Assembly (NCBI GenBank): GCA_043228905.1
Contig: JBHGNT010000002.1
Location: 12,338,001-12,402,000 of the forward strand
Source: Azolla caroliniana
Lineage: Eukaryota > Plantae > Polypodiophyta
DNA: 64,000 bases
Direction: 5' to 3'
The position numbers were made by a program, and so were the translations under genes. Below the pieces are notes generated by a model. The model searched no databases. It saw only the letters and a program-made list of their open reading frames with translations, and had not been told where the DNA came from. Positions 11,372-25,219 of the stretch are shown here, one piece after another. Positions within the stretch are counted from its first letter, which is position 1. Every line of letters starts with the position of its first letter.

Positions 11372-13290
11372 ATAGCCGGCACACCCATTTTCTTTGTCAA
11401 GAAAAAGTATAGATCACTTCGTCTCGTCGTAGATTACCGTGGCTTGAATAAGTTCACCATTAGGAATAGATATGCACTTCTCCTTATCTCGAGTATTTTA
11501 GAACGCATTAATGGTGCAAAGTTCTTCACAAAGATTGACTTACAAGGAGCATATAACCTCGTATGGATCCAACTAGGAGACGAATGAAAAACCACGTTTC
11601 GCACCAGATATGGGCACTTAGAGTGTACAGTTATGCCATTGGTCTCACTAATGCGCCAACACTCTTCCAACACATGGCAAATGATATATTCTAAGATCTC
11701 TTCGAAGACTCAAGAAGAACATGATTATCATGTACTATTACTAGTACTAAAATGACTTCGAGAACATGGTCTTTATGCAAAACTAGAAAAATGTGGTTTC
11801 GAGTCAAACATGGTCTTTATGTCATCTCCTTGAAAGGCATCTCTATGGATCCAACTAAGGTCAAAATTGTGGTAGAGTGGTAGACTCCACGTTCGTTGCG
11901 AGATGTGCAATGTTTTTTAGGCTTCGCCAATTTTTACCGCAAGTTTATACTTGATTACTGAAAGCTTATTCGGTCGCTCACACAACTTACCAAGAAGGGG
12001 CAGTCGTTTGTTCGGTGTAAGGAAGCAGACACGGCTTTTGTGAGTCTTAAGAAAGAATTTACATCAACTCCTATTCTATGTTGATTGGAAAAAACCGTTC
12101 ATCATTGAGGCAGACGTGTCGGATTTCATCCTTGGTAGCATTCTATCCCAACAAGGCGATGATGAAAAGCTACATCCTGTGGCTTTCCACTCGCGCAAGT
12201 TTGACGTCGCCGAAATCAACTAAGAAATACATGACAATGAGCTATTAGGAATAGTGGACTCTTTTACACAATGGAGGCATTTTTTAGAGGGATCTTCTCA
12301 TCAAGTCACCGTATTCAGTGATCCCAAAAATCTTGCCTACTTCGAGAATGCTCGTGCATTAAATCAACGTCAAGCTCGGTGGGCCCAATTCCTCACTCGT
12401 TTCGACTTCAATATTACATATCGTTGAAGGAAGCAGCAAGGGAAGGCAGATGTCTTATCACGATGCTCGTATCTAGCACCGCGTCCCGGTGAGCCAACAT
12501 TCGATAATCAAAAGCAAGTAATCCTGGGACCGGCACGATTGCAAGCAATGTGGGTTTTTGATACGCCATTGGATTTCCACATTATCGATACCATATGTGA
12601 AGGTTTGAAGATAGACGCTTTCGCTCAAGCTATTCTAGCACAAATTGATCCCTCCTTGGCATCTTGTTCATAGTTGCAACAACCAAGTACAAACTATCGA
12701 CAATTCGAATTTCATGATGGATTGCTATTCTTGTCGCCTTCGAGTAGTCCAAAATTGTCACGACACATATACAACAGGGCATTTCGGTAGTACTAAAATG
12801 TTGGGTTTAGTACAACAATCATTCTGGTGGCCTCATATGCGAGGATTTGTCGAAGTCTATGTTTGAACATGTGATACATGTTGCAGAGCAAAGATGCCAA
12901 GACATCATCCATATGGTTTATTTGAACCATTACCAATTCCAAGCAAGCTGTGGCAATCCATTTCTCTAGATTTTATCACAGATCTTCCAGTCTCGAAGGG
13001 ATTCGATGCGATTTTAACAGTAGTAGATTGATATACGAAGATGGCACATTTTTTGCCTTGTACTAAGGAAATCACCAGTGAAGAAACCGCCGAAACTTTC
13101 ATGCGGCATCATGGCCTCCCCGATAGTATCATCATCGACCGTGGACCCCAGTTCATCTCAAAATTCTGGAGGCATCTCTTCAAAATGTTCAAGGTCACTT
13201 GTAATCTCTCCTCCGGCTACCACTTGCAAACAGATGGACAAGCAGAATGAAGAAATCAAATGTTGGAACAGTATCTTCAACGTTTTCTAT
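11372..13290 (+). pseudogene. Chromovirus (Tcn1-like) pol fragment RT-RH-IN, decayed
   Basis: [41 protein letters not shown]; homologous to 4500-6900. Confidence 0.9.
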
Positions 13291-14464
13291 TGAGAGACAA
13301 ACTCAACATTGGGTGCGGTGTGTAAACGGGTACGTAACCTAGCGTGTAGACTGGGTGCGTAAAACCATACGCAAAATATAGCCGTGGCGATGTTTAAACC
13401 GAGAGGCCATTAGAGTGTTATTCCTCGTAAGGAATAATTTTGGGAGTAAGTGTAGGATGCTCATTTATAAGCGGTCAAGTACCGTAAGTACTTGTGTCAA
13501 CTCAATCGTCAGGACTCTCTCGCCTCCGTCATCGTGAACGTTGAGGAGGACGAAATGGTGCAGGTTTGCCTTGGTGGGTTAGCGTCAAAGTTTGGAGCAT
13601 TCCGGATGGCGGTCTACACTAGGGAGATTATGCCTTTGTTCTTCGAGCTTTAGTCGATGTTGCTCATAGAGGAAAATCACGCGGGTCCGTCGACGAGTAC
13701 ACACACCGACAACAAGATGTTGTACACGGTAGAAGATAGGCCCCGTGGTCGTGGCGGACGAGGCGTATCAGTGCGCAATGGAGGCAGCGAAAAGAGCAAA
13801 ACATATGGCATAATCGAAATGCCGGAAGCAATTCTGAACCCTCCAGAAGCAAGGGGAGTCATAGCGGCGTCGGAAGCCGGCAAAAGAAGGTCGCAACGGA
13901 ATGTTGGTACTGTGGCAAGAAAGGCCACATGGAGAGCGAGTGCTGCCAGAAGAGAGCCGATTCAGACAAAGCCAAATTAAGCGGAAGAGACGCAGGAAGG
14001 TGTAAGAAATCACACTACACCAAAGGCTTCGAACGAACCGGAAATGGATCAGGCCCAACCTTCGTAATGAAGCACATGGCCAATTTGATGGCCGTGAACA
14101 CCTCGAAATCGAGCGAGGTGTGGTATGTTGATTCTGGAGCATCAAATCATATGACGACTCATGAGGAATGGTTCTCGTACTTGTAGAAAACGGAAAAACA
14201 AGGAGTAGTCGAAATGGGAGACGACACTCCACATACCATCGAACATGTCGGAGAAGTTCCACTTAGCCACATCGGGCAGAAAGGGAAACTTATGAACGTG
14301 TTGCACATCCCAACAATAACCAAGAACTTGGTGTCGTTTGGCCATGGGTTGCAAGTTCGATTCACACACCTAGAGTGTTACATCGAAGAGGAAGGCAAAG
14401 TTATTGCGCAAGGGCGCCATGAAGGGAGGATTTTTATCCACGATACCAATCAAGCCGGAACCGT
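13291..14464 (+). mobile_element. Copia fragment: partial LTR (13291-~13500) plus gag/PR remnant
   Basis: Starts with TG. The LTR part resembles 17590-17660. WYVDSGASNHM and NVLHIPTITKNLVS are present. Same family as 27530/60762. Confidence 0.8.
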
Positions 14465-15109
14465 TGTCGTGCCTTTCGACTCCGGATCATTGCGTGAGTC
14501 GGGTGCGAATCATTGAGGTTTTGGACTAGGAGAAAGAAGAATATGAGATAAGGATAGTAATGAATGGGTAGAAAGAGAGGTAAGTTATGAATCTCGTGAA
14601 TCCCACGAACATAGTTTATTAATTGGTGTTTTTTAGAAATATATCCAATTTCCAAATATTCCACTCCACACCCCTATTACATTGTGCTCCCCATCCTTCT
14701 ATAACGATGAGAGAGTCTTAGCAATCCATGCTTTTTCTATCAATAGACTATATGCTTTATGCCTTTTCTAAAGTAAACATGCCTTTTCTAACTTGATGCG
14801 TTTTTATCAACTATAGTGTTCATGCACGCTAGATGTGCATCTGTAGCTTTTTCTTTTATCATGTGTTTTTATTCTAACTAAAGTTTATCCTAGTGTGCAC
14901 TGACCTTTCTATTTGGGACATCTACTTCTTTAACACTAATGATATGTTAGTGTAATGGTAAAGCTTCACATTATGTACATGGAGGTACAAGGTTTGAATC
15001 TTGCCCTATGCATGTATGACGTATTTTAACATTTTCTTCTATTTCTTCATAACTATTGAATCGGTTATTCTATACATTTTTCACGTAGTGTACGAAATAC
15101 ACTACGACA
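14465..15109 (-). repeat. 3' LTR of gag-only Gypsy G (family copy at 24441-25219); contains a tRNA-like cassette at 14941-15010 (+)
   Basis: TGTCGT...ACGACA termini, adjacent PPT 15110-15121, inverted homology to 24441-25219. Confidence 0.85.
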
Positions 15110-17200
15110 CTTGCCCTCTCCGAACCCGCACATCCTCCGGTATTTCCGGAAGTTGTCGGTGATTGTTAGTCTCCTCCGTCCGGTCTTCGTCTGATTGGTT
15201 TTGTTGCCAGTTTTGTTCAATGACCGGTTCTCGTAATTCTCCTTTACTCGTAGTACTCTTCGTTTTGCTCGCTACGTTGACTTTGTCTCTCCATTTTGAG
15301 CATATCCATTCTTTCCACCCGAACTATTGTCGCCATCCGATCCACCATAGTCTTCGTTCAATGTTTCCATGGCCATGGCCGGTTGTCACGGCTCATCGTG
15401 CTCCTCTTGAGCATAACCCTTCATGTCTTGTGCATGTGCCATGCTTCCCACTTTGTCCACCTTTGTCATATAATCTCGCGTTAGAGTTGACAATCTTCAT
15501 GTTATAGCCCTCCTTTGTTGAGATCTCATCCTTGGTAACAACCTTCAAATTTGCTTGGCCTGTTTGGTCCTTGTCATCCTTTGTAGTGCACCTACTTGAC
15601 CTCTTCCTCGTAATCGTCAGCCTTGATCTCTTCAATCTCCGGTTGAGTTGGATTAGATTATTTCTGAATCAGTCTTGTCTAATCGTCTTTCGGTTGAATC
15701 GGCTTCCGTTTTGATTCGTATTCGGCTGATTCGGACTCGGTTGATAATTTTTTACCGATTCAGCCCCTTTTCGGGTCGGTTTTGACCGATCGGTTTCCAT
15801 CAAGATTTGTTTCCTTTTCCTTGTTTTTACCAGCCTCGACCGGTTCAACCTCCGACACTTCTTTCCATTGTCCGCCGCATAGGTCCTCCGATTGGGCCCC
15901 CAATTACTCCGATCGCACGCCGGATTCTGCCCCTCACGTGCCGCCTTCGTTCCTCCTTTGGCTTGATCGTCACCTTGTCCTGAGCATCTCGCCGTGTTGT
16001 CTCTCTCCGCTTCGCGCTTGCTTTCCGTAGGCTCTACCCACATGTCGATGTCAACTTCCGAATATGCGCTTGCTCTTAGGTCCACGTGCGGCTGTAACGC
16101 ATGCTTCATTTTTCGCCGTAGTGCTTGTGTCGTATTACATCATAGTGCATGCTCTGTTTTGTGCCGTAGCACGTGATCCTTATTACACGTTTCTCCTGAC
16201 GCAAAACGGACCTCCGAGTTGTCGTGCTTTCATTTAGATCGGAATTTCAGACAAATCATCTTCCATCCGAATCGGCTTCCGACTTTACCTTCCTCGCCGT
16301 CATCTCCAGTCTCTCCGGTCTCATGTTGCTTCTCGAACACAACCACCGAAGTCTCTAGGATTAGTGGGCAGGAATCCTCGGTATTATCATTCTCCGTTGT
16401 TTCACCCATAGCCACCTTCTCGGTTATCTCTCCGTCGTATGCATCGGATTTGAACTTTATTTTCTCTCCACCACCTTCCATCTCTTCGGTCTCACGTTGT
16501 CTTTCAAACGCAACCGCCGAAGTCTCTAGAACTAGTGGTGGGAAAGTCTTCATACGGCCATCCGCCTTTGATTAATCCATAGCCATCTTCGATTTGATGT
16601 CATCTTTCATGGCGACTTCCTCAATCAAGTCTGCCTCGCACTCTTTATCACCCTTGATCATGCAAACATCGATTATGCGTACCCCTTTTTTACCCGATGT
16701 TTCGGATACTTGTATTTCAAAACCTTCTTCCGTTCTTGAAGTGGTGTTCGCCACTCTCAAGTCATCGACCTTATCCTTGGATGTTGTTCTTTCGCAAGAC
16801 GAGAGGGTGACTTGTTCAACACTCTCTCCCATGGTACCATCATATTGTATTTCGGCCTTCATGTCGGCTACATCGTTTGTCCTTGATCGACCATCCCTCA
16901 TGGGCCATGTTGTTGTTGACAAGATTCTCTTCTTCCTCTCATCATGTCTCCGGCATACCCTTTCGATGTCGGCCCAATCCTCAATAAGACCATTTACATC
17001 ATTAATGTCTTCAAGTTCGATCTCGATGTCCATCCTTTCTTTCCGATCAATCGATCTTACGAACATTAGGACTTTATCCTCCCCCACCAATCTTTGTTCC
17101 CGCTCCAAGAGTTGAGCAAAATGATACTCAAACTCTAGGAATGCCTGTGTTGCACTTCGGTGGGTCTTCTCAAATACCACCCATTCGTCGAACTCGCATC
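15102..17200 (-). pseudogene. Gag-only (TR-GAG-like) internal region of element G: capsid fragment plus a long charged tail in one frame with several stops
   Basis: ORFs 17180, 16553, 16109 and 15635 share one frame that ends in the LTR. The capsid resembles the gag of element A (EDKVLMFVRSID...LIEDW vs GDKVLYFLKAVD...LIMDW). No pol. Confidence 0.7.
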
Positions 17201-17437
17201 GATCTCGTCCCTTCGATCTCTCATAGTCATATGCCTCTCATAAAGCTTCTTAAAGGACCCCCATGTCGAGTTTTGTTGCATGGATCAAATCACACATTTT
17301 TACTTAAGAAGGAACTAGTTTCCTTAGGAAGCAAGTCAACCAAAGCCGAGTTTGTGCACAGTGCATCGTCTAATGATCAAGTTGCTTCAATCATTCTCAA
17401 CCTTTTGTGATACACTTTCTCTTCTTCCCAACACACA

Positions 17438-18188
17438 TGATAGATGGATCGGCTGAATAAGCTCAACCAGATCGACAAGCTCAACCGGATTTGGATTGGC
17501 TGAAAAAGTCAGAGCTGGATCAGTGACTAGAACGATGTTCGGATGGTATCCGGAACTAGAGGTAGGCCTACAAATCTAGCCTAGTATGTAGGCATATTTT
17601 TGGGAGCTAGTGTCAGTCACTCGTATGAGCATTGAAGTACTTGTTAGTACTTCTGTCAGTCCTTTATGGGCTTGTATAAAAGTGCTCACTGTACAAAGAG
17701 TGTTTTAGTGTTTTTGGAATATACACGTTTCTGTGTTCTGCTCTAACTATGTCTCTCCCATGTAAGGTTTCCATTAAACTGTGTTTATATTTTGTTGCTA
17801 TCCGATTGAGTCGATTTTATCTTAAGCTTCCGCATATTTACTTTCACATGGTATTAGAGCATGAGGGTTGAGAACCTCTGCAACCGACGGCGATTTCTGA
17901 AGACAAACCCTAACATCCGGTAGAGAACAGAAAAAAAACGTTAGAATGGACAGAGGAATGGCTAGCTCGCTCCCTATGGAGAAGCTCGACAGATCCAACT
18001 ACGCATCTTGGTCGTACAAGATGCACCAATACTTGCTCTGGCATGGTTACTGGAATTATGTTGACAGAGCAAACGATACGGCACCTGATGCGACACACAG
18101 GGACTTCATGACTTGGGAACAAGCGGCAAGTAGAGTTATGTATTGTTTTGCGTCCAGTGTCTGTGATCAGCTGTTGAGCCATATCTGA
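17438..18188 (+). mobile_element. Copia 5' LTR (~17438-17846), Met PBS (17849-17860) and gag N-terminus
   Basis: TGGTATTAGAGC; EKLDRSNYASWSYKMHQYL. Confidence 0.85.
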
Positions 18189-18189
18189 C

Positions 18190-18795
18190 AATTATTTGAC
18201 ATGCTTTAAGACAAGGCCACGGGGAAACAATTTTTCTTCTAAGTACAAGAAAGTGGAAGCATAATACTCCTACAACAAACCCAATCCAAGATCAACAAAT
18301 AACCTAGCCTACAAGGAGCTCACTTATCACTATTGTGGTTACATTATTATTGTGGTTATAAAGGTCATTTCCAGATTGAATATCGGAAAAAGAAAAGGGA
18401 CTATGCCAAGAAGTCTTCTTCTACTGAAAGTCAACCTACACCAAAATCAAACTCAACCCACTCAGCAAAAGAAATAATTTCCCTTGGCATGTAAGACATT
18501 CTTCACATTTGGTTGAACCAACTACCTCAACCATTGGCGCTCCCAAATCGCCATAGGAGATGCCTCAAGCATTGAGGCTTCGTGTGTGGGTAATGTGTTT
18601 CTTAAAACTTCTTTGATGAACTTGCCATTCTTCAAGATGTGCTGCATGTGCCTCACATCTCCACCAACTTACTTTCAGTCTACCAAATCACTAAGCAAGG
18701 TTATGGTGTCTACTTTGATAGCTTAGTTTTGGAAGTCATTGAAACCAACAAACTACAAATTGTAGCTAGTGGCACACAAAAACTAGGGTTTATAC
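18190..18795 (+). pseudogene. Highly decayed Copia gag knuckle/PR fragment
   Basis: CGYKGHFQIEYRKKKR and VLHVPHISTNLLSVYQIT can be read. Confidence 0.6.
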
Positions 18796-18796
18796 C

Positions 18797-19355
18797 TGTA
18801 AAGAATCGAGTGTGATTCTTGTGCAGCAGAATAGATCAGAGGTGTTATGTGTGTGTGAAAGAGGAGAGAGAAGAAACACAAGATAGGAAAATAGAAATAC
18901 TCAAGACGTATATTAACAAGTAGAGAACAACTACAAAGAGATAATGAGCACTATAAGGGAGATTGACCGACTCATACAATGTAGGAGGAGGGTGCTTTAT
19001 ATAAGGTCACCCACTCACTTGTTAGGTGTAAAGGCCCGTAGTTAAAAAATTAGGCAATTATTCGTACATGTGAACACATTGTTCACCTGGATAGGACACC
19101 TCCTTTTGTAATGTGAACACACCTCTCTTTTTTAGGGTTAACTAATATAATAACCTTTTTTCTTGTGTACCAATAAAACGGTTGGGTACAATACAAATCT
19201 GTGTATCTCTACTCTCATCTCTACTACAGTCCTGTGTGCTAAACATCATCCCTCAATAGCTGCTCCCGATTGGGTACAATACAAATCTGTGTATCTCTGC
19301 TCTCATCTCTTCTACAGTCCTGTTTGCTAAACATCATCCCATAATAGCTGCTCCC
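18797..19355 (-). repeat. Probable LTR (~18797-19244) with an 88-bp tandem duplication spanning its end (19182-19355)
   Basis: TG...CA ends, TATA-like tttatataag, PPT-like tract. Two 88-bp copies start at 19182 and 19270. Confidence 0.55.
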
Positions 19356-19494
19356 TCTGTCATGATATAGCATGCAATGGCTTGAAAAAGATTTAAACCC
19401 ATGACCTTGTGTCACAGGGGTTGAAGCCCTACCATTAAACTACACATTGTAATATGAAGAATATTGTTTTCAGCTATTATTTCACCTAGGAAAT

Positions 19495-22150
19495 CCATGG
19501 AACACACAGGATTGCGAGCCAAGAACATCATATATGCTCGAGAGTGCCTAGCCCCCCTTCAACCGTGCCCTCGCCGAGGGTTTTCCACCACAATGGGCCA
19601 TGAACATAGTGGCCCCTATACATAAAAGAGGGGAGACCCAATGGATCCAAATACATATAGGACCATTATGATAGGTCATACACTCGCTAAACTATATGGT
19701 CCAGTATTATATGGTGCAGTATAGCACATCATATATGCTCGAGAGTGCCTTGCCCCCCCCTTCTCACTCTAATCTTTAACCGTGCCCTCGGTGAGGGTTT
19801 TCCACCACAATGGGCCATGAACACAGTGGCCCCTATACATAAAAGAGGGGATCCAATGGACCCAAATACATATAGGACCATTATGATAGGTCATACGCCC
19901 GCTAAACTATATGGTGCAGTATTGGAAGTGGAGCCCAAGGATTATTTGGAAACATTAAGCCTTTGAGCACCTGAGCAGGCTGGCTTTAGACGAGCCTTTT
20001 CCACTATTGACCATATCTTCACACTTAGGTGCTTAATTGACCAAACGAAGGCTCATAAGAAGAAACTATATTGTTGCTTTGTGGACTTCTGTAAAGCCTT
20101 TGACACAGTTCCTAGGGAGAGGTTTTTTGATAGACTTAAGAGCTTGGAGATACCAAGTGACATGATCTTGGCCATTTATGCCTTATATGAGCAAGTCTTT
20201 GGGTGCGTAAGATGCCCAAGTGGCCTATCCGATTGTTTCACTAGCACCATTGGTGTAAAACAGGGTTGCCCCCTATCACTAACTCTTTTTGGGATCTACA
20301 TTGATGAGATCATTGATTTTATTGCTCGTAAGGGAGTAGCTATTGGGGATACGCAAGTTAGTCTCTTACTCTACGTAGACGACATTGTCTTGCTCTCGGA
20401 GTCGGAACACAACCTACAAAACATCTTAATGCCCTAGATGAATTTTGTACACAACGAGGACTAGTAGTGAATCTAACGAAAACTAAAGTCCTTATCTTTC
20501 ATACATCGTCTCGAGTTAGGAGTAAATGTCACTTAATCCTCTCTCATAAACTAGTTGAGGTCGTGGGATCATATGTATACTTGGGAGTCACTTTTAGTGC
20601 TCGCTCAGGTAAATTCTCGATGACCCAGGTAGCCAAAGATAGGCTAACGAGAGGGTATGCATCCCTCTCACTCTTAGAGAGACAATGCCACCAGGCATAC
20701 TTTCAAGAGCCACGGACTAAGGGATGGCTCTTTGACTCATTAGTGACCCCTTCCCTCATGTATGCATCAGTAGTATGGGCTCCAGGTCTACCATCTTTCA
20801 TGTGGACGCAATTAGAGAGACATTTGGTGACGATGTTATCACATCAACTCCGAAGCAAATCGACAGTACCACATGACATTATTAGAGCAAAGTTCAGTCT
20901 ACCCTCGATGTTAGTAGAAGCACTCTTTCAAGTGGTAGTTTTTATTCATCGGATACATAGTCAGCCACAAGATAGGATATCCCGTCGAGCCTTTGAGGCA
21001 TCCCGATCCCTACATGCGTCTGGAGACACCAGGTCTTGGTATAACATTGTGGTCAGTTGGTTACTTGCAAACGACATAAAGATTAATAACCTACCTCCCC
21101 TTAAGTACAACCATGGGACTTTTCAAACTCTAATCTCTCATGAAGACCGTAATAAAGTGATACGCCAAGAAATATGGAAAATTTACACTCGATATAAATG
21201 GATCACCCCACGAGAGCCACTCCCATCGAAAATGTTGTACTATAAGGAACACTTTTTGCACTTCTCTAAGTTAGGTTTTATTACACAACCAAGATATCTA
21301 GATACATTCTTATCAAATGCACTAAGGGTGGCCATTGGACAACTTAGGATGTCATCTCACCAACTTGAGATTGAGAACGGTCAGGCTAATAGAGTCCTTA
21401 GAGAGGAAAGGCTATGTAGGTTATGCCATATAGAGATAGAGGATGAGTATCGCTTCACATGCAAGTGCCCAACTTATGCCGAGATACATGCGGAATACCA
21501 AGACATATATTAGGACCCTCTCCCACCCTCTCCAAAATATTAGATACCCCGAGTGTAAAGAGACTAGGTAGGTATATCTTAGAACTAAAACAATATAGGG
21601 AGAATAAATTACTAAGTGTTAATCATAACCCTTTTACTATTCATCAACATGTAGCTAGTGTAATTTTTCAGGAACAAGGGGAGACGATGAATGTGGATAC
21701 ACTTATGCTGCCCGGCCTCTCCCTTGAGGAAGCAGAAATGCAAAGAACAACCAAACGCCCTCGGATGTTGGGCTTCAAAACAAGTCGACGTGGAGTAGAA
21801 AAGATTAAGAAGATAAGGGAACGTGAGCTACGTCGGCTAGAAGCTATGGTTGGGGTATCTTTTACATTGGGACCACGGGCCACATCCACATCACAACCCT
21901 TTGACCTCCTGCTTCTCTTCGAGAGACTTGGATGGAAATGAAATTAGGCCTAGTTTAACATCATTTTCATTGTAGAACATGTTTTTTATATACAACAATT
22001 TTGTTATTTTCTTAGAACTATTTAGCTTAAACTCTATTTTTATCTTATTTTTATTTTTACTTTTGATGAATGGGTAAATATCCCATTTTTTTGTAAACCA
22101 TTTGTCTCATGAGCCAATTTTGGCCTTAGAAGACGTTAATATATCTTTTT
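19495..22150 (+). mobile_element. 5'-truncated non-LTR retrotransposon (LINE, RTEX-like) with RT and C-terminal Cys/His domain
   Basis: PIHKRGDPMDPNTYRTI, QAGFR, FVDFCKAFDTVPR, GVKQGCPLS, LLYVDDIVL, LRMSSHQLEIENG...RLCRLC...EDEYRFTCKCPTY. A ~190-bp duplication sits at the 5' end (19525 and 19726). Confidence 0.88.
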
Positions 22151-22155
22151 TTCTT

Positions 22156-22304
<149 letters not shown>

Positions 22305-23455
22305 TCTCACACACTCTTTCCCTTCTAAATACTAATCCTCATTCTTCTCCTCTATCATTAGTACTAATTCTCCTTGCCTCTAGTACTATCCCTGATAGTT
22401 TGAACCGAATTAGTCTTCAGCTTCGTATCCCTCCTCCCCTTCATACTAAACTTCGTATCCTTCCTTCCTCCAATACTATGGCAACTGTTTTCTTAGAGCT
22501 ACAGTGCTTGAAAGAAAGGTTTGTCGCATTGGAACAAGAAAATCACAGACTGTTTAGGGATCTTCAACAAATCTCTTTAGAAAAGCAGTAAGCACAACAA
22601 CATGGGGAGTTGCAACAACAACATGGAGAGCTAGCGTTATGTGTTCTACAACTTGAAGCAACCATTGTAGCATTGCAACAACAAGGGCCAAGTATTCAAG
22701 GGATTCATAAAGAGCCCAAGATCGGCCTTCCTATTAAAATTCGATGGAACACGATCACAGTTCAAAGGATTCCTAAATCAGGTACGATTATTCATTCAAA
22801 TGCATCTTTCTCGATATCCCACCGATGCATTACGAGTGGGTCTAGTAGGCTTAGCTTTGGCATGGTTCGCTCCGTTAGAAAAAAGATCTCCATTACTAAA
22901 TAATTTTGAAGAGTTTATAAGCGAGTTTAAAGCTTATTTTGGAGATATTGATAGCATAAGCATTGCAATCAACAAAATCTGACAATTACCTTAAGGTCAT
23001 CATCCAGCCTCCGCTTATGTTGTAGATTTCCGTTTACTCACCTCTCATATCCCCTAGGAAGATCAAGCATTGATGGAGCAATTTCGATACGGCCTACGAA
23101 ATGATGTCGAAGACTTATTCCTGACTTTTCCCGAAGAACCAAAATTGCTCACACAGGAAATTAGTCGAGTGCTACGATGCGATAACTAGATTTTCAAACA
23201 ACGTTTGGAACGTCAGGTACAAATGGCAAGGACCAGGTCGGAGCCCACATATGCCTCAATGGTGGCAAAACCATTTGTAAGGGAGTCATATAATGCATCT
23301 CCGAAAAATACTCCAACACCGATGGAAATCGACACCACATGTTGTTGTGGACCATTGTCGGAAGAAGAAAAGCAACAACACCGAGCAAATCCATTATGTC
23401 TTTACTGCGGAGGACCAAGGCATATTGCAGTAAAGTGTCCACATAGACCAAGAAG

Positions 23456-23922
23456 TGTTACGAGCATGAACATATAATATCCCGTGGTGAGAATTTACCG
23501 TAGTATTCTATACACATGAATAAGTGTGAGGGTTAAACAAGTGGGTAAAGATGGGGAGGATTACTTTTAATCCTCGGGATTGAGACAACCCATTAGGCCA
23601 AGTGTGAGCTTGCTTGGTGGCCTTGGGTCTTGCTATAAATATCAGGCCTAGCTACCGTCATTTCATCATCTTTTGACTACGTTGAGACTTTGACGTTGTG
23701 GTGGGTCAACTCTTGTAGCGAGCGCGCCAACACCAGGTATGACTCAATGCCACGGTGGTGGTATGGGACGCCGATCGAGGCTCGAGTCCGTCTCGATCCC
23801 TTCGCTTGAGGGTGGTCGGCTGGATCGACACCCTTCTTTTTGTCTCACATTTCTTATTTCTTATATCTTTTATCCTTATCATATGCTTACATTAGATCAT
23901 AACTCTAATAGTTGGTATCAGA
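23456..23922 (+). mobile_element. LTR (23456-23910) with Met PBS TGGTATCAGA (23913-23922), inserted in the chromovirus gag
   Basis: TGTTA start, TATAAAT at ~23634, PBS. Confidence 0.75.
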
Positions 23923-24154
23923 TCTTATGTTCTAATGTTTCTTTTGCTGGTTTTTTTCTTCTTGATTGATGGTGATTGATTGACGTGCGGTCAACCTTTA
24001 TCTAGATAACAATCAACAAAGGAACTTCCATAACTTTTCCTTATTTTTTTTCTTATTCTTTCATCTCCCAATCTAATGATTTATAGTTAATATGTGTTTT
24101 TTTTCATTGATTCAATGATGTGGTAGTGATAATTAATTGGTTTATAAAACATGT

Positions 24155-24375
24155 ACATATGTGTATGAGGTCAATACCTCATTTGACATATATATAATAT
24201 GTGATTCGTGTCGTATGTGTACACGATTAATACCTCAATTGCATGTTACATTCACATACATATGTTACGTATGCGTATGAGGTCAATACCTCATTTGACA
24301 TATATTTAATATGTGATTCGTGTCGTATGCGTACAAGATTAATACCTCAATTTCATATTACGTTCACATACATAT
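24155..24375. repeat. ~112-bp tandem repeat, 2 copies
   Basis: gtatgaggtcaatacctcatttgacata at 24163 and 24275. Confidence 0.85.
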
Positions 24376-24440
24376 GGATTTCTATGCAACCGATATGCGT
24401 TTGGTCTTGTATGCGTAAGTGGTCAATATCTCAATTGCGT

Positions 24441-25219
24441 TGTCGTAGTTTATTTGGTACACTACATGAAAAACGTATAAAGTACCCGATTTAATAAATA
24501 TGAAGAAAACAAAAAAAATATGAGAATACATATTATATACATATGGCAAGATTCGAACCTTGTACCTCCATGTTGATAATGTGAAGCCTTACCATTATAC
24601 TAGCATATCATGAGTGTTAGAAAAGCAAATATCCCATATAGAAATGTTTTTTAACGCATATTTTCTAGGAAAAAGCTTTAGTTAGAAGAAAAACGCAGGA
24701 TAGAAAAAAGCTACACATGCACATCTAGCCTGCATGAACACTATAGTCGATAAAAAACGCATGAGGTTAGAAAAAGCATGATCACTTTTAGACAAAAAAA
24801 CATGTTAGAGAAAGGATGGAGTCCATAGTTACAGAAAAAGCATGGATTGCTAAGACTCTCTCTCTCATCACTATATAAGGATGTGGAGAACAATGTAATA
24901 AGGGGGAAAGAATAAATAAATAAATTATGGGGTGATTATTAGGGTCTAAATATTGATTAATATAATACTCGTGGGATTCACGAGGTTTTCGATCTCTCGT
25001 TTCCAATCTATTACTATCGATTTTAATCTATTCCAAAGTATAATTAGGGTTAAATATTAATAAAACTAAAACTATATTCGTGGGATTCACGAATTTCTAT
25101 CTCTCTTTCTTATAATCTATTCATAACTAAACTCGTCTCAAATTCTTCCTCCTCCCAGTCCAAAACCCCAGTGGTTCCCACCCGACTCATGTAATGATTC
25201 AGTGCCGAAAGGCACAATA
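24441..25219 (+). repeat. Solo LTR of the element G family, with tRNA-like cassette 24540-24609 (-)
   Basis: Reverse-complement homology to 14465-15109 from end to end. Confidence 0.85.
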
